64,000 nucleotides of DNA from Hydrolagus affinis (taxonomy: Eukaryota), in contig JAAILG010000034.1 in the NCBI GenBank assembly GCA_012026655.1, forward strand, positions 62,001 through 126,000. The letters are read 5' to 3'. A model generated the notes under the pieces. It had not been told where the DNA came from, did not search any database, and was given only the letters and a program-made list of their open reading frames with translations. Shown here piece after piece: positions 1-14,802 of this stretch (within the stretch, counting starts at the first letter, position 1; every line of letters starts with the position of its first letter). A program made the translations under genes and the position numbers.

Positions 1-1429
1 TATGACGGTCAAATTTACAGAGCAAACCAGTTTTCATTTGTTGGCTCCCTCTACTCCCCATAATGGCACTCAAATATGTTTGGTAACACCATGGTTTCTG
101 TCTGATCTGTAAGGAACACTTGCAGCCAAATGGATGAGAGAGTCTCAAAGCATCTTTTTGTGTGAGTATAATTTTTTTTTATTTTCCATTCCACCCTCCA
201 TTCCCCTATACTTGCACTAGGCCAAGTACCTCCTATGCCCAAGGGATTGGACAAGAGATCAAGTGCTCCATCATACACAAATCAGCAACCCATACATGTG
301 TCTCTCCCTCCAGGTTGTGGAGAAAAACTTGGCCTCTATTACCTCAGTACTGTTGAGATCCAGAACGCATCTGACGGAGATTTCAAATGCTGTATCTATC
401 ATTCGCATGATTATTTTTTCCCTTCCCACACTACATATGTCAACGGTTGATTAAGTGACTATAAGGCAGGCTTTGTACTCAAACAAACAACATTTTAAAA
501 AAAATTGTTCCAAACTTCCAAAATGGACTAAGTTTTAACACATGGAAACATTCAAGAATAAAAACTTTTGTGCAGATTAAAAAAGAGACAGAAAATATTA
601 AATGGAAAAGAACAACTCGTGCACAGGAAGCTTTTTTCCCATTGACATCAAATTGTACCTTTGCATTTACAGTATTTTAGTGGATTAGGAATTTGACAGT
701 AATAAAACAATTCTGGATTTGTTTGCTGATTTAATATTTCTGATCAGTGTCACAGTGCATGAGCTGAAAATGTGTGTATATAGTCAACTCCCAGAGACAA
801 GCACCACCCATAGGAATTGATCTTGCACCAAACAAATAGTTATTATTTAGCCATCCAATATGTTAGACAAATATTATGAGGCCTTGATGACTGTGAGAAG
901 GTGTGGGAATAAACTGTCTTTATTTGGCTTAGCTCATTAAATAGTATCTCCTGTCTAACCAGAAAATGCCACTGACTGTTGCTGTGGAGAACTCCGCAAC
1001 CACTTGCTCTTGGGTAGACACAGGACATGTTGTGGCAAACAGGCCACAAGTGGGAGAAGGAGAGGTAGAGAAATGAAAGAATGTACATTAAGTACTGTAA
1101 TACTGTATCAACATTTTAGAATTTCACTTTGATATTTGCATTTGTAAAGTCTAAAATTCTAACATCCATGCCTTCTCGGTCACTCTCTTCCATAACTCCC
1201 TCTCCGTTATCCTTGATGCCCTTGCCCCTTAACTCCCTAATTGTCTCCTATTTAGTGGCTTGGGATGTCCTCCCAGTCCTGTAGAAATGTAATTTGCTGC
1301 TGCTGTTGTAGTTGATGATGATAGATTTGAAATTTTAACAACAGTGATGTCCATGGAACTATATAAAGGTAAAAAAATGGAAGTCAGTACTTTTAGCCAA
1401 AATGGTCTGAAGATATTTACTGGGTCTTT

Positions 1430-1760
1430 GAACTCAGAATCTAGAATTGAAACTTCACTGCAGTTTGGGGGAATGTTACATTCTCGGAGGTGTCAACCTG
1501 TGGATGATATGTTAAACCACGTTCCTGTCTGCCTGTTCAGGTGGACATCAAAAACCCTATAGTACTATTAAAAAAAAGAGAATTTCTCAAGTCTCGTTGG
1601 CAATCCACTTGATAAAGTTGTTTTTTCACTTCTTGGCTGTTGTCAGATTTTGCCAAAAACTGGTTGTCATGTTTGCCTACAAATACACAGTCACCACATT
1701 CTGTGAAGCACTGTGAGATGTCTCATTGATAAGGTGCTATGTCAAAATTCAAGGATTATC
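1430..1760 (+). mobile_element. Old Deu-domain SINE (SacSINE1/AmnSINE1-like), degraded
   Basis: CGGAGGTGTC...GGATGATATGTTAAACC...TGTCTGCCTGTTCAGGTGGACATCAAAA resembles the Deu domain; L2-type tail GTGAAGCACT...GGTGCTAT...AAGGATTAT. Confidence 0.6.
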
Positions 1761-4700
1761 ACACAACAAACAAATTATATTTGTATAGTGCCTTTCACGT
1801 CGCAAAGCTATATTGCTTAACATTTGTTTTGTCTGGAAACACATATGATTTGAATAGGTTAATTCAAAACAAAGATCCAATTTTCATATTTAAAAAAAAA
1901 TTAAACCCACCAAGTTTATTCCTTTCTTATTTTCCAAAGAAGGTACTTGATGGAAGAGTAAGGAAATAATCCATATCCCACAAATGGTGGGTCGTGGATT
2001 GTATCAAAGTTACAATCACTCACAATCATTCACAATATCACACCACTGATGATTCATAAGTGGTAGAATACAATTAAAACATTTAGGGTAGGAATGTGTC
2101 ACTTCAATAAATCCTTTATCCACATTGCTATATATTCTCAAAGTTATTCGATAGCAAACAAAAGGGTTCTTAAGTATAAATTGATCCAAGGCAATTTGTT
2201 CCCTAAACTAAGTGTATTTTATAGCTGAGGCAAATTCAATCTATCCATTGTTTTGGTTGTAACAGATTTACAATTATCTATCCGACATCCTTTGAATCTG
2301 CAGCAAACCCATTTGACTGTTACCTTACAGGGAGCCCTGGGAAAGTGTGCAGGCTTTGAAGTTGGGGTTGTTGTGTGCCTCACAAGCATGTGGGCTGTAA
2401 GGTCATTTTTAGGTCAGTATAGCAACAGCTCACAGGGTCTGAACACAAATGTGGGATTACTTCCACATTGTGCGATGAATTAGAAGTTTACATAATCCAT
2501 ACATTTTCAAACCTGTAAATCATATTGGTTGCAAAAATGCATCAATAAGGTTAGGTAGAATTGTGGAAAATTCTTAAATTCAGTCTTGAATGCGTTTAAG
2601 TTACAATGGAATTTAAAAGTATTAAAATCAGCAGATAAGCAAGTACAAGTCACGCCGAACACTGGGAATTCTAGTCCAAGATACTTGGAAGGATCTCGCC
2701 TTGCAGTGGTATTCCAGATTAGCATGATGGACATCTGCTCTCTGGCAGGAGTCAATGTTTATCAATCCTTTCCGACTAACACACGAGACGCAGTGTTAAA
2801 ATAAAAGCAGGGTTGATTATAACAAGCTGTTGAGCTGTGCAGTGAGTGCCTTAGCCATTAATGCTAGAGCCTGATTGGGGAGACCATCTTCAGAAGGTGG
2901 TCTTGGCAGCACAGTGATTGGCATTGCTGTAGTACAAATCAATTTGGCCTCTGCTCAACAAATAATCTCTTGAAGACTTCTTCACGGACTTTTAAGGAAC
3001 CAATTGTTTTTATTGTCACGTGACTTGTCTGCTCAATAAATCATTTTTAAAGATCAACGCTGAGTTAGATGACCTCAACCCTGGCGAGAACATGCTTCCT
3101 GCCCCGAATTGCATGTGTTCCAGTGGTGTAATGGAAGCATTTGGACCTAAGATCATGAGTAGCTGAACAGTGCAAAGCTCTGATTCGTGAAACCTAAACA
3201 GTGGGCATATTATTCAAAAAGAACCAAGTACAAAAGCGTCAATAAAGTTATTTAAAGAAAGAATCTCACTATCCATGCATCTCCAGCCCTTTCCCCACCA
3301 CCCCCCAACACATACACAGATTAGTTCTGATACCATGAAACAGTCCAAAAAACACATATTTGTTTAAAAATTAAATTCTGTCTTATCTTAAAAAGGTTGA
3401 AACTAATACCAAGAATCCAAAATAGATATCACCCGGAACAAAGTCTTAAATTATTAAGGGATTTTTAAAATATATGAGCTTCAAAAACAGAAAAAGCTTA
3501 TCAGTCACAGTATCTAGTCTATAAAATATTAACAACCTTTAAAATCCGCCCGTGATCAGGCAGACTCTGCAGCAACTTGTTCTCAGAAACTTTATAGCTT
3601 TCTTAGCTTTAAGGAGCTGTGAGTGATGTTGATATTCCTTTATAAAACCTTAGCAGATTTTTTTTCAGGCCCCCAGCATTTACAAAGCCAAGACCATCTC
3701 CCCAGTCTTGGCACAGAAACCACATCCCATTTCCCAACATATCTGTCTTCACTTGGGCTCAGCTCTCCAGGGGAAACTGTGCAGGAGACTTATGGAGGAA
3801 ACGAGCCACAGAACAGAGACGTAAAGAAATTCTTTTCTTCCTTGTCCAACTCCTAACCTTTTTGGTTTACTTCCAGGGGAAGTTTAAAAAAAAGTATGGT
3901 AAGGCATTTCTAAAGATTTCTAATATGTTCCATGCCTCAAAGATACTCTAGCCATTAATCAGAAGGATGGCTTTGCGTGATAAGGGACATGAACTGGAAG
4001 TGCGCCATAAGCTCAGAGACCAGATTTAGCCCCCATTGTTACCAGCACTAAAAACTTCAGACTTTGCAGCATACCTTTAACTCTGCATTATTAGAAAACA
4101 TCAATCTACTTCATCTTTGAACCTGCTGATACATATGGAAACCCACACATTTAATGCTCCACCATTATCAGAGTCGACAAGATAAACGACAACAGGTCAA
4201 AACTGACAGCATTTCAAAATCTGCTATCTAGTTGTATTTAATGCAGCATCTTATTGTTAGGATTATTATTATATATCCCATTTTCTTCATCCAAAGTGAG
4301 CCCTGTTCAAACCTTACATCAGTTAAAAACACGGTCTCGTTAATTTGTAATTGTGCATTACGGATGCATGAAAATACTTTGGTTTGTAATGCTCACGAAG
4401 GGCCATTGCCACGTGCCAGATGTGCTGAGAAATATGAGCAGAGTGGTAAACATAAAATATTAAAATAACTGGGTTTCAAATGTTTGAAAAATGATGTCAG
4501 GCTCAATTCAACAAGTGCACAAATGTATTGAAGTTGGACGAATTTAGTGAGTGATAATTGAAATCAGGAATTAAATTATTACCAATGACATGTTGCTTAA
4601 AATGACTCCTTGTATTTATCTGTTTCTGACACTGTGACAGCTGGCACGGAACCATCACAAGAGACAGAAACAGCTTCTCTCACGTATTTGACTTGACCCT

Positions 4701-7700
4701 GTTCAAAGCCAGTCCAACACCATGAGCTGTTTTTCAGACTGTTGGCTCTTTGTTAATGCATTCTTTAATGTAATGCAGAAAAACCTGAAGGTAGTAAATC
4801 TCCTTGGTTGGTAACATGCGATTAGTCTTGGAATGTAAAATGCATGCTACAGTTATAAAAAGGAATGGAATTGCTGCCGACGTTCCATGCCATAAATTTA
4901 ATTTGCACAAGTATTTCAGTCAAAGATTATTTCTATAAGTGCAGTATTAATTTTTCTTCTTTCAAATATTTGATCTCCAAATAATATAACCAAGAATCAC
5001 TACACGCTCCAAGAAATCTTTATGCCACAATTGCAACCATAGATCAAAATCAAATATCTAAATGCACTGTTAGGTTTTTTTTAAAAAGGAAAAAAATACA
5101 TTTAGCAAAAGCCACCTTTATGCAGTACATTATGAAATTTCAAACACATTTTCCAATTCTGCAAAGGCTCAAGTTGAAACGAATGCATCCAATGAACAAA
5201 TAGAAAATAGAACTTGTGTAGTCCAATTAATGGGATCAGTATTATCCAAATTAAATACAGATGGAGCAAGAAGAGGTGAAAACCTAAGCAGCATGCTAGC
5301 ATGAACAGCTTGAAAATTTAAGTGAATGCAGAGCTGATACAAATCACAGCATTTTGGTACTAAATTGAGTACCAAATAATTATTTTTGCTTTGAAATTAT
5401 TTGTTGGGTTAAGCGGATTACATCAAACAGAGGATAAGTGCATAGGATCAATTTCTCTATGGATTCTACATGATAATGCATTTACATCTGTATGGACCTA
5501 TAGTGCAAGTTAGCATTATTGGAAACTCTGCAGGCACCCACACCAAATCTCCAAGATATAAATGGATTCACCTTTGAAATACACGTTCGATACACTATAC
5601 AATAAAATCCCGTTAAGCGCTTTGAGTCCCCTCAACAAGATGATAAGCGCTTTATTAACTGCAAGAATTGTACACGTGATCGTCATTGCATCATATGTGC
5701 AGGGTCAAATCCAATTTTTACCTTGCTCCAATCTAATGCATTAAAATGCCAGCTATGGAAACACTTCACATGATTCATGCCAGTCAAACACATAGAATGC
5801 ATGAACATATGCATGAAGAAGGATAGGTGTGTTGGGCTCCTGGCTTGCATATTGGACAGGAAAATAATCCAGAAAAGAACCCCATCTGAAAGATGTTGAT
5901 CTGAAAGATGGCTCAGGCTAGTACAAGCTACCCCTGAAAGCTTTACCCTTATCTTTCAGACGGTCATCAACTTGCTGTGCATTTCAAGAATTTTCTGGGT
6001 ATATTTTTAGATGTGCAGCAATTCATTTTCCCTTGCTTCTTTCCATTCATACTCCAACATTTTATGACAGGTGTTTAAATGCATTTTAAACCATTTTGTA
6101 ACTTTCCATATTTGCCAGATTAGAAGAGAATGCTGGGTACAAAATGCATCTTTAATCGAAGAACAATTCAAATTAAATCATAAGGCACACTGAACTCAAC
6201 GCTTCCAACCATTCAAATAACATTTCACCAGGAGAAGTCTTTCATTCATGTAATTCAAGAAAGATAAATTTATGGAAATGTCTGATCTGTTTGAACAAAG
6301 TCGTGAAGAAAAGTCATCACAATTTACAATTGTCCACCTTCCACTTCATATACATCACCCATCTTTCTATTATGAACCACTTTTGAGACACTCCTTCATA
6401 TAAATGGTCCTGTATAAATGAAATTTGCTGTGTTATAGCAAAGCTGCACCATGGAAGGTCACTTTCATATCAACTTCCATTTTATTCCTTAGGTTAGGAA
6501 GAAAGTGAGGCAGGTAGACAGACAGGTGACCTGTTTCTTGGAATCTGTTGAATCCTATTCCGAACAAGCCTTCAGGAGATGTGCTCTCACAGCCTAGGGG
6601 GGACTGATTCTACAATTCTCCAATCCTCTCCACCCAAGAAATTTAATTGCAGAGTATCAGATGCACATTAATATTAAATATCAAATTATTATTATTATTA
6701 AGACACTGCATGGGATCAAACAAAACAAACAGAAAATGTACCATACATGCTTGGCCTAAATTATGATTGCAAAATTATTATTTATCAGAGGTTCTGAACA
6801 TTCTGTAATTTATCTGATTATGTTCAATATTTAAATTTACAATTTTTTTTAAAGATTGTTGGATGTGTACAGATTTTAAATTCCCAAAGTAAATCCAGTA
6901 TTCAAAGCATAAAAGGATATTTTCCAGAGTCCAGTTACTATTGAAAGTGTCAGCAATTTTTTTTCATTACAGCAATTTCTCGATAATATTTTTGTTGGAT
7001 TTTTAAAAGACAAGACAGAAGGAGCCTAATCTGCCTTTACACACAAAAAAACTTAATCTGCACTACATGGGAAAGTTTAGCTTCATTTTATTATTGCTTT
7101 ACATGATTCATCAACCTGTTGTAAAATGAGATCAGATCGAAGAGGGACAATTTCAATATACCAGCATGATGCAAATCAACTCTAAAGAGATTCCACTGCA
7201 TCTTTTTATTGCAGCAATTCCTTTTACTCGCCTAAAGGAGAATTCATAATAAATAACCTTATATCTTTTGAAGGTATATTTTTCTCCATCTTATAAACCT
7301 AATTAAGCTTGAAGAACAACATATTTTCCTAAACGCACGATAAACAGATCTAGTTACTCAAAAAATATTACTTTTAAATAGAGCTGATGTATCTGAATTG
7401 AAATCTGCTGTGCACCAATTCCCAGGCCTACAATTCAAGTAATTCAAGGACTTCTTCTGGATACTTTCTCATATTCTTTTTAACTGACATTTTATCTTCA
7501 TACAGGCATCTCACCAGATTGCACATACACTAAGACAATGACAAGCCTTCTTCAGCTGTCACTTCTTATTTTGGCAAAGAGCGATGTCTTATACTGGCTT
7601 ATGCCAATAATAGCTGCATCAAAAAACAGTGGAGACCTTCTCCCTCTGATGTAAAGACAGCAATTCACATTTGTGACACTCATTTGTCAATTAACAGAAC

Positions 7701-9608
7701 CCATCCAATGTTGACACTTGGGGCTTAAGAGATGCAGGCTAGTATTTGATGAATTAAAAAAGACAGATGAGCAAGCCATGAGCTGCAAAGTAATACTATA
7801 ATGTGTTTTAGATATGAATATCAACTGACACCTTTGACAGGCCATACAAGGTTTTATTTTATTTTGCACTGTATCTGTTGCCTCATACTTTATCTTCTTT
7901 GTTCTCTTTTCATCAAGCTTCTAATGTCTCATTGTGACAGCAGAAAGACATTTGAGCTTTCCTGTTCCAAATGCAAGTCGCTGAACTTGATTTGTCATCA
8001 AAATGCAAAATGGTTCCTATTGCAGTTAAATGTGGCTCGCTTTCAAGACCCTCGTAGTGATTTTTTTAAAAAAAGCAAAAAAGCTCGCAATCACTTTGCC
8101 CACTTTTCCCACTGCCAAAATATAGATTTGCAGATGATGAAAAATATCGATATTACCATAGTACACAGCATGCACGCATTTAAACGATATTCAAACAACA
8201 GGAGCTTTTAGCAGTTTACTCTTTTATTGTATCATTTATAAACTGGATTTGACAAAAAGCCAAATGCTAGGATAGGCATACCATGTAAAGACATTGAGCA
8301 TTTACAAAGTTAATGTCTACACTTAAGAGTGATGATGTCTTTCCAAAGCTTGCATTAATATGCAATGTACACCATCAGAACTACTCTGACTGCCAAAGTG
8401 ATCTCAGCAGGGGGGTTTTGGAGCAGAAAAAAAAGTTAAATAATAGTGCTTTCAACAGATAATTACTGGTATGATTTAAATTTTCAAGTTTAATGTTTTT
8501 TTTGCCTCCCATAGAAGGCTCAATGCACATATGCAACTGAAAATTGCCTCAATGATTTCAAAAGCAACTTAACCATCAAACATGTACACTGAGACCTGAC
8601 ATATTCAAAAGTACCCTATCTACTTGTCACGGGCAGCTTGGGAATCTGGCCATCAATAGTTTATAGTAATTAAGTGTGATGAACATTTCAGAGAAAAACT
8701 TATGAGAATGAAACAATTGCCGAGAAACTGCCAACAATATTTTTTTTGCAAACTACTTCAAAGCTGAGAATAGTAAGCTCTCTGCACAAAAAAGTTTTCC
8801 GCACCGGAGGCCACTTCAAAAAACCGACTCCTTTTCAATGCTATTATTGCAATTCAAGTAGCCCCACAGCTGTTTACACTGGTAAGGAAATCTGTTTTTT
8901 GGAGCTCCATTCAGGTTAAATATTGGAACTATTAAAGTTCCAACCACTCAACAAAATTGAGTGGTTCCTTCATAAAATTGTCTAGCATTCGGAACATTTC
9001 TATCACCGCCTTTTAAAATGTAATTTTGAGTAGGTCGGCATACTCTTTCGGGTCAGTTGATCTTCAACCGCACAATGGTCAACTTGCCCGAAAACATTTC
9101 AGCAACTTTATGGAGACAGAAACAGATTGTTAGCTTGGCAAGCAATTTAAGGGTTTCCTCCGGTTCTCACCCCCCCCCACCCCCATCCCACTTCCCCCCA
9201 CCCCAACATCCCACCTTGTCACATTCTTTTGTTCACCAGAATCTCACATTGTCTACTTGATGTGAGTTTCTTCAGTGCTTTTCAGTCCAATTAGAACAAA
9301 ATAATTCAGAGTAAAAAAAAACCAAAGTGTTTGGGAAGGAAAACACACTGGTACACCAGCTATGAACAAATTCACATTCAAACTGGTTTTGTTCGAGACA
9401 AGACATTTCACAGCAAAATGTTTTTTTTGTTGAATTTGTCTTACTACAATTCACCTTAATAGCTTTTGTGCCACAACCTGTTCTATGTGCAAAAATGCAA
9501 AATGAAATAGTTTGCATACCTTTCAAGGTTTGGCTTCTTGCCCCATTTCTGCCAATTTCATACTTCCTTTTCATTTAAGGGTTACTTCAAAAAGACAGTC
9601 ACACTATC

Positions 9609-10030
9609 ATTAATTCTTGCATTTGATATAGTGCCTCATCACTGTCAAGATGTCTCAAAGTGCTTCACAGGATTTTACTTTGAAGAGTAGTCTATGTATT
9701 TGTAGGCGATTACAACTGCCAATTTACATACAGCAATATCCCAGAAACAGCCATGAAATTAATGACTAATTTTATTTGCGGGATTGTTGGACATGGCACA
9801 GGAAGAAACTCCCTTCTTCTTTTCAAATAGTGCCATGAACAGTAATAAAGACCTGACCAGGCAGATGGGACCTTGGATTCCCATTTCATCCAAAGGACGT
9901 CACCTCCAACAATGTAGCATTCCTGCCGCACTGCATTGGAGAGTCAGTTGAGAGTGCAAGTTCAAAATCCCAATGGGGATTGAATCAACAACCTGCTAAC
10001 TCAGAGTTGAGAGTGCTACAAACTAAGCTG
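9609..10030 (-). mobile_element. Near full-length old Deu-domain SINE (about 420 bp)
   Basis: The reverse strand shows a tRNA-like head (near 9975-10030), a Deu-like core (CATTTCATCCAAAGGACGTCACCTCC on +) and the shared tail TTGCATTTGATATAGTGCC. Confidence 0.7.
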
Positions 10031-11442
10031 GTACATTAATATTTACACAGGCTTAAAGATGAAAATCTCAGCAGAGGACTACTGAATGTAGTTTCAAATT
10101 AGTTGTGTGTTCCACCAAAACACACTTAAGGTGGTGGTCCTGCCATATGGGAAATGATTGATTTCTTTTCAAGATAAGAAACTGATACAACACACCCATG
10201 TCCATTGTGTATCATGATTAAATCAATTATTTGCAATATTCTCAAATCCTAAAGTTTTACATTTGTTTTGTGTCATTGTAATCTTTTCACACACTATTCT
10301 AACTCTTGATTTAATAATGTAATACCTATGTTGAACTTTCAACCAGAAAGCTTGTACCTTCACCAAATTCCCAAACTAATTTTTATTCTCTGGCAAAAGA
10401 TGGGAATGTCAATCCGAAAACTATCCCCTTCATCAATATTTCATCAGTCATGGGTAGGTAAGTGGACATTTATCAAACCATCAAATATAGATAGAGAACA
10501 AGAATCTCCTTTCACTGCAGCCATTAGGGAGATATGGTGAAAGAGGCTTTACCAATTTGGATGTGTTTCAATTAACAGTGGTGTGTAGAAAATTCAAACT
10601 GACTGACAGCAAATCACATAACCAATACACTGAATGCAATGTATTTTATTGCAAACCCTCAGAATTGATTCGTACCAAAATAAACTTTGTCATTCATGAT
10701 CATGATCAACATTTGCCAAGCACAACATACTGAAAAAATTAGTTAATATGCAGTACAGATTGAGTAGTATCAACAACATCAGTTTGTGTACAATTGTTGT
10801 ATCAACAGAATCAGGACAGGTATTCCGATTTAAAAAATGTAAAAATCCATTTGTATTGCACTCAAATCAATTAATAATAATAATATAATGATAGGGAGAA
10901 GGAAAAGTAGGTCAATATGAGAGTGCAAAAAGGAAAAGGCTGGAGGCTTTAAAAAAAAGTGTTCCTTAAAAAAAAAGGAAATATGATTTTGTAAAAGGCG
11001 CAAGAAACATAGACAAAGATAGTGAAGGCTGATGCATTTTACAGGCATGAAATTGAGATACAAAATCATAGCATAAAAACAAATGCTACATACATAGAGC
11101 ATTGTTTTATCTCTAAACCTTTGTGAGTACAAATTTGCACTTTATAGTCCCAATAAAGATACAGTTACAAACATCATCCTTGAGACAAATATTGGCTTAG
11201 TTGTAAACCTGTTTAATACCTTTGCCAAATCTAGATGTTTCGTCAGAATGACCTGAAAAGCAATAATCAAAGAGCAAATGGAAATCAAAATGGGTAACAA
11301 AGGTAACAAACGATAATGTACTTGAAAAACAAATGACAGACAAGAGAGCAATATGTTTTCAAACATACAAAAGCATGGAATAAGGCTATGCTGTCCCCCA
11401 AACTCTCGTTTTGCAGACTGAGCAAAAACTATTCAAACTATT

Positions 11443-11610
11443 GACTGCGCGCAATTAGTTGCCACATTTCGCCCACATATGTGCATACAGTCAATTCACC
11501 TTACAGTATATTCTGTGAAGCGTTTTGAGGCGTCTAGAAGATGTGAAAAGCGCTATATCAAATGCAAGGATTATTATTAGCAGTAGTAGTACAGTAGTAT
11601 TATTATTATT
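11443..11610 (+). mobile_element. 5'-truncated young SINE
   Basis: CAGTCAATTCAC...GTGAAAAGCGCTATATCAAATGCAAGG(ATT)n, same family as 59465-59821. Confidence 0.85.
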
Positions 11611-11790
11611 CAATCAAGGTCTTCATTATCCCCAGTATTTAATCATACAACTCCATGGTATCCCTTAGCCATCCCTTAGCCTTGTGCCCTTCATAGACAT
11701 TTATGAACAAAGTAAAAGTAATTTGAAGCATGTAATCAAGTAACAAAGTCAAACATTAGGTAAATATATAGCAGTAACAACAACTGAAAA

Positions 11791-12089
11791 TTCTGTAGCT
11801 CAGTAGTTAGAGCACTCTCCTCACAAGCGAGACACCTGGGTTTGATTTCTGACACGACAAAACCTTGGGCAAGTTTCCTTACTACATACACCTGATAATA
11901 ATATCACAAGAAAAAAAATTGGTTACTTCAATCCACGACTATTTGTGGGACACTGATGTGTGTAGTTGGCTGCCGCGTTTCGCCCACAAATATAGTCAAT
12001 TCACTTTACAGTATATTCTGTGAAGCACTTTCAGACGTTTAGAGGACGTGAAAAGTGCTGTAACAAATGCAAGAATTATTATTATTATA
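11791..12089 (+). mobile_element. Full-length tRNA-headed SINE
   Basis: Head GTAGCTCAGTAGTTAGAGCACT, body CCTTGGGCAAGTTTCCTTACT...TTTGTGGGACACTG, (ATT)n tail. Confidence 0.9.
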
Positions 12090-13250
12090 AACAAAGAGTC
12101 AAACAATGTGGAGTGTTTAAGGAATAAGATACTCCGATGTGAACATTTTTAAACCAAACTGGCTGATTAAGCCTAGTTAACCACCCATGATCAAGGGTGA
12201 AATTGAAGTAAAACAGAAGTCATCTAAAACTTGGAAATGCACTATTGCAAACAGCAGCACCAGATGAGACACACAAGGAAAAAATACAACATTTGAAAGA
12301 CGTTCACCAGAATGATTGATGGATCTCAAGGACCACAGATGACTGCACTTCAGATCCACTGTATGGAATTGCTGTCAAGAGATGGAGGGATAACAGATGA
12401 TTACAGAAGCATAAAAAAGTTTTGAAAATAAACCGTCTACAAAAAGGATTTGTAAATAATGAGATTTATTTCGCTATCCATATTACTAAATTCAGTCAGA
12501 ATTGCTAACCCCCAAACCCAATTTCTGCAAATCTCTGTGTCCCCTAATGAGATGGATGAGTTATCATGGATTACGAAACAAATGCTCGTGAAGCATTGCA
12601 GGTTACGTCCAATTATCACAGTATAAAATGAAACATAGCTTGACAGTTGCAATGGGCAGCAATATCAAAGGAAGTAGAAAGTGAAGTTGTAGCCTTGTTG
12701 CATAAAATGCTGCCCTACATATAAAGAGGAAGATAAAATAAAGCATAGTACTGAGTGGGTTGCAATGTGGCTACTCCTGAAAAGCATCATAGAAATATGC
12801 AGTAAATGGGACAAGATCTGATTTACGTCCCCAGAAATCAACATCAAAAAACACCAAGACACATGGCACTTGTCACAATAAAACCTGTCACTGGATCATA
12901 GCAACTCGGCAAACTGAAATGTATCATTAATTTATAAAAGCTATGTTTTTTAAAAAAAATATTTGGGGTTTAACCAGAAGAATCTCAATGGCTTTTTACA
13001 TCCTGTACATTCCTATGGAATTATTTTGGCAGCAGGATGTTTTATAAACTATACTGAGGAGATAGAAGCAGCAATGTTTCAGGGGACAATTGACATGGTG
13101 GCTATATGTGGATGTGAAAGCACTGGCTTTTCATCTTTGACAGCAAAGGGACACAAGTTAATTTATTAAATCTTAAAATTTTCAATGAAGTTGACTTTTT
13201 TTTAATAATAACCTTTTATATTAATCCCTTTAAAAGAAAATAAGACAGTG

Positions 13251-13419
13251 AATTGGTCCCTCGATCCACAACTGTTTGTGATATACTGCTGTGTGCAAGT
13301 GGCTGCCAGAGTTTTGCCCACAAAATGCACAGCCACTACACTTTACAGTATATTCTGTGAAGCACTTTGAGATATCTCAAAGGCATGATATGGTGTTGTA
13401 TCAAATGCAAGGATTATTC
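13251..13419 (+). mobile_element. SINE 3' half
   Basis: CTTTACAGTATATTCTGTGAAGCACTTTGAGA...CAAATGCAAGGATTATT. Confidence 0.85.
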
Positions 13420-14745
13420 TAAACTTGAGTTTCACCTGAAAGCATAAATTACCTAGATTTGATTAAATAGAAGAAGGCAACCATCGCTAACAAAGGGATC
13501 TTTGTTATTTGAGATGAAAGAGGCATTAGGTGGTTTTTGAGTTATGAATTTTGAAAACTTATGCATTGCAGCACTGAATAGGAGCACTAAGTTAATAGAC
13601 ATTAGCACCAACTTAGAACTAAACAATTTATGCAGCCCGACACGTCATTGTTCATGTGAAGAGGTCTGCTGCAAAATACTCGAGGTTTGGAAATCTCTCA
13701 AAATCAAAGGTTTGACTTCAAAGAGAAACCCTTCACACTGTTGGCATCTCATTTAGTATAAAGAAAGAGATCATTCTCAAGAGTTCGCATTTTCCTGCAC
13801 TCTGTTTGTCAGAGAAGACACTCATCAACTGAGCTCCATCGATGAGCACAAGCACTTGCACATGATTTAAGGACGTAAACTCACAGCGAAAGGCTGTGAG
13901 GAAGACAACAGCCCAAAGCAGTTTACAAATACAGTGTGTTAAAAAAATGTTCAATGCAAGTTAATAGGACAGAAAAAAACTAAGTAGTTTAATGTACCTA
14001 TACTTCCTATTGAGAATTGTAATATATTGTGACAATATGTTGGTAATGTTTTTTCAATCTTTTGCAAATAAATCTGGTATTTTGGTTCATTCTGCCAATG
14101 TTTTTCACTCTATTTTGCTGCAACTTCACCACTACATGTTTGTCATGGACTTTTAGCCATTCTTTAATATGCAAGTCACTATGTAAGTGCAAATGCTTCT
14201 CGTCTCATAGAGATTCATCTCTTTTTGAAGAGAGTTTATAGCATGTATTTAATCATGTTGAACCCAGTGATCAGAGCCCAGAATATCTGGTGTCCCCAGT
14301 GTTATTTATTCACTTAACCAAAACACCCAAAAAAGAAACACAGGTGTAGATTTATCCTTGCTTTTGCAGGGAATATAAACAGTATAACCACCTACAAAAT
14401 ACACAATTACAACACTCTACAGTAAATCCTTATTTACTTATTTGTATGTGTGAGAACTGTGAGCATAATTGAGAATAAACCCACTAAAATCCTAATACAA
14501 TAAACCCCATATAAGTGATATCCGTCAGAACCATAACATTAACATGACTTATGGGAAGTTCGAGTTGCAGGCGAACTGTACAAGTGGTAGAAAATGCTAT
14601 TTGATCAATAATCTACATTGTGCATGTGTTTCAAATGCACTTTCAACTCCCAAAAAGGACGGCAAAGAGTATTGAGGCATACTGTATTTAATTTTAGAAT
14701 CTAAAGAACAAACACTTCTCAATAGCGTCATTCTTACAGTTCTCC

Positions 14746-14802
14746 AGGTGTTAGGGCCAAGTATTCAAGGTGTTGGGGCCAAGTATTCAAGGTGTTGGGG
14801 CC
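14746..14802. repeat. 22-bp tandem repeat, about 2.6 copies
   Basis: AGGTGTTRGGGCCAAGTATTCA at 14746 and 14768, partial at 14790. Confidence 0.9.

Noticed and set aside
13880-13900. 8-10-bp hairpins (also 8942-8966 and 59400-59428)
   Set aside because: Stems this short are not clearly beyond chance in 64 kb of AT-rich DNA, and nothing else supports them.
14746-14802. CRISPR-like repeat
   Set aside because: Head-to-tail units with no spacers, in eukaryotic DNA.
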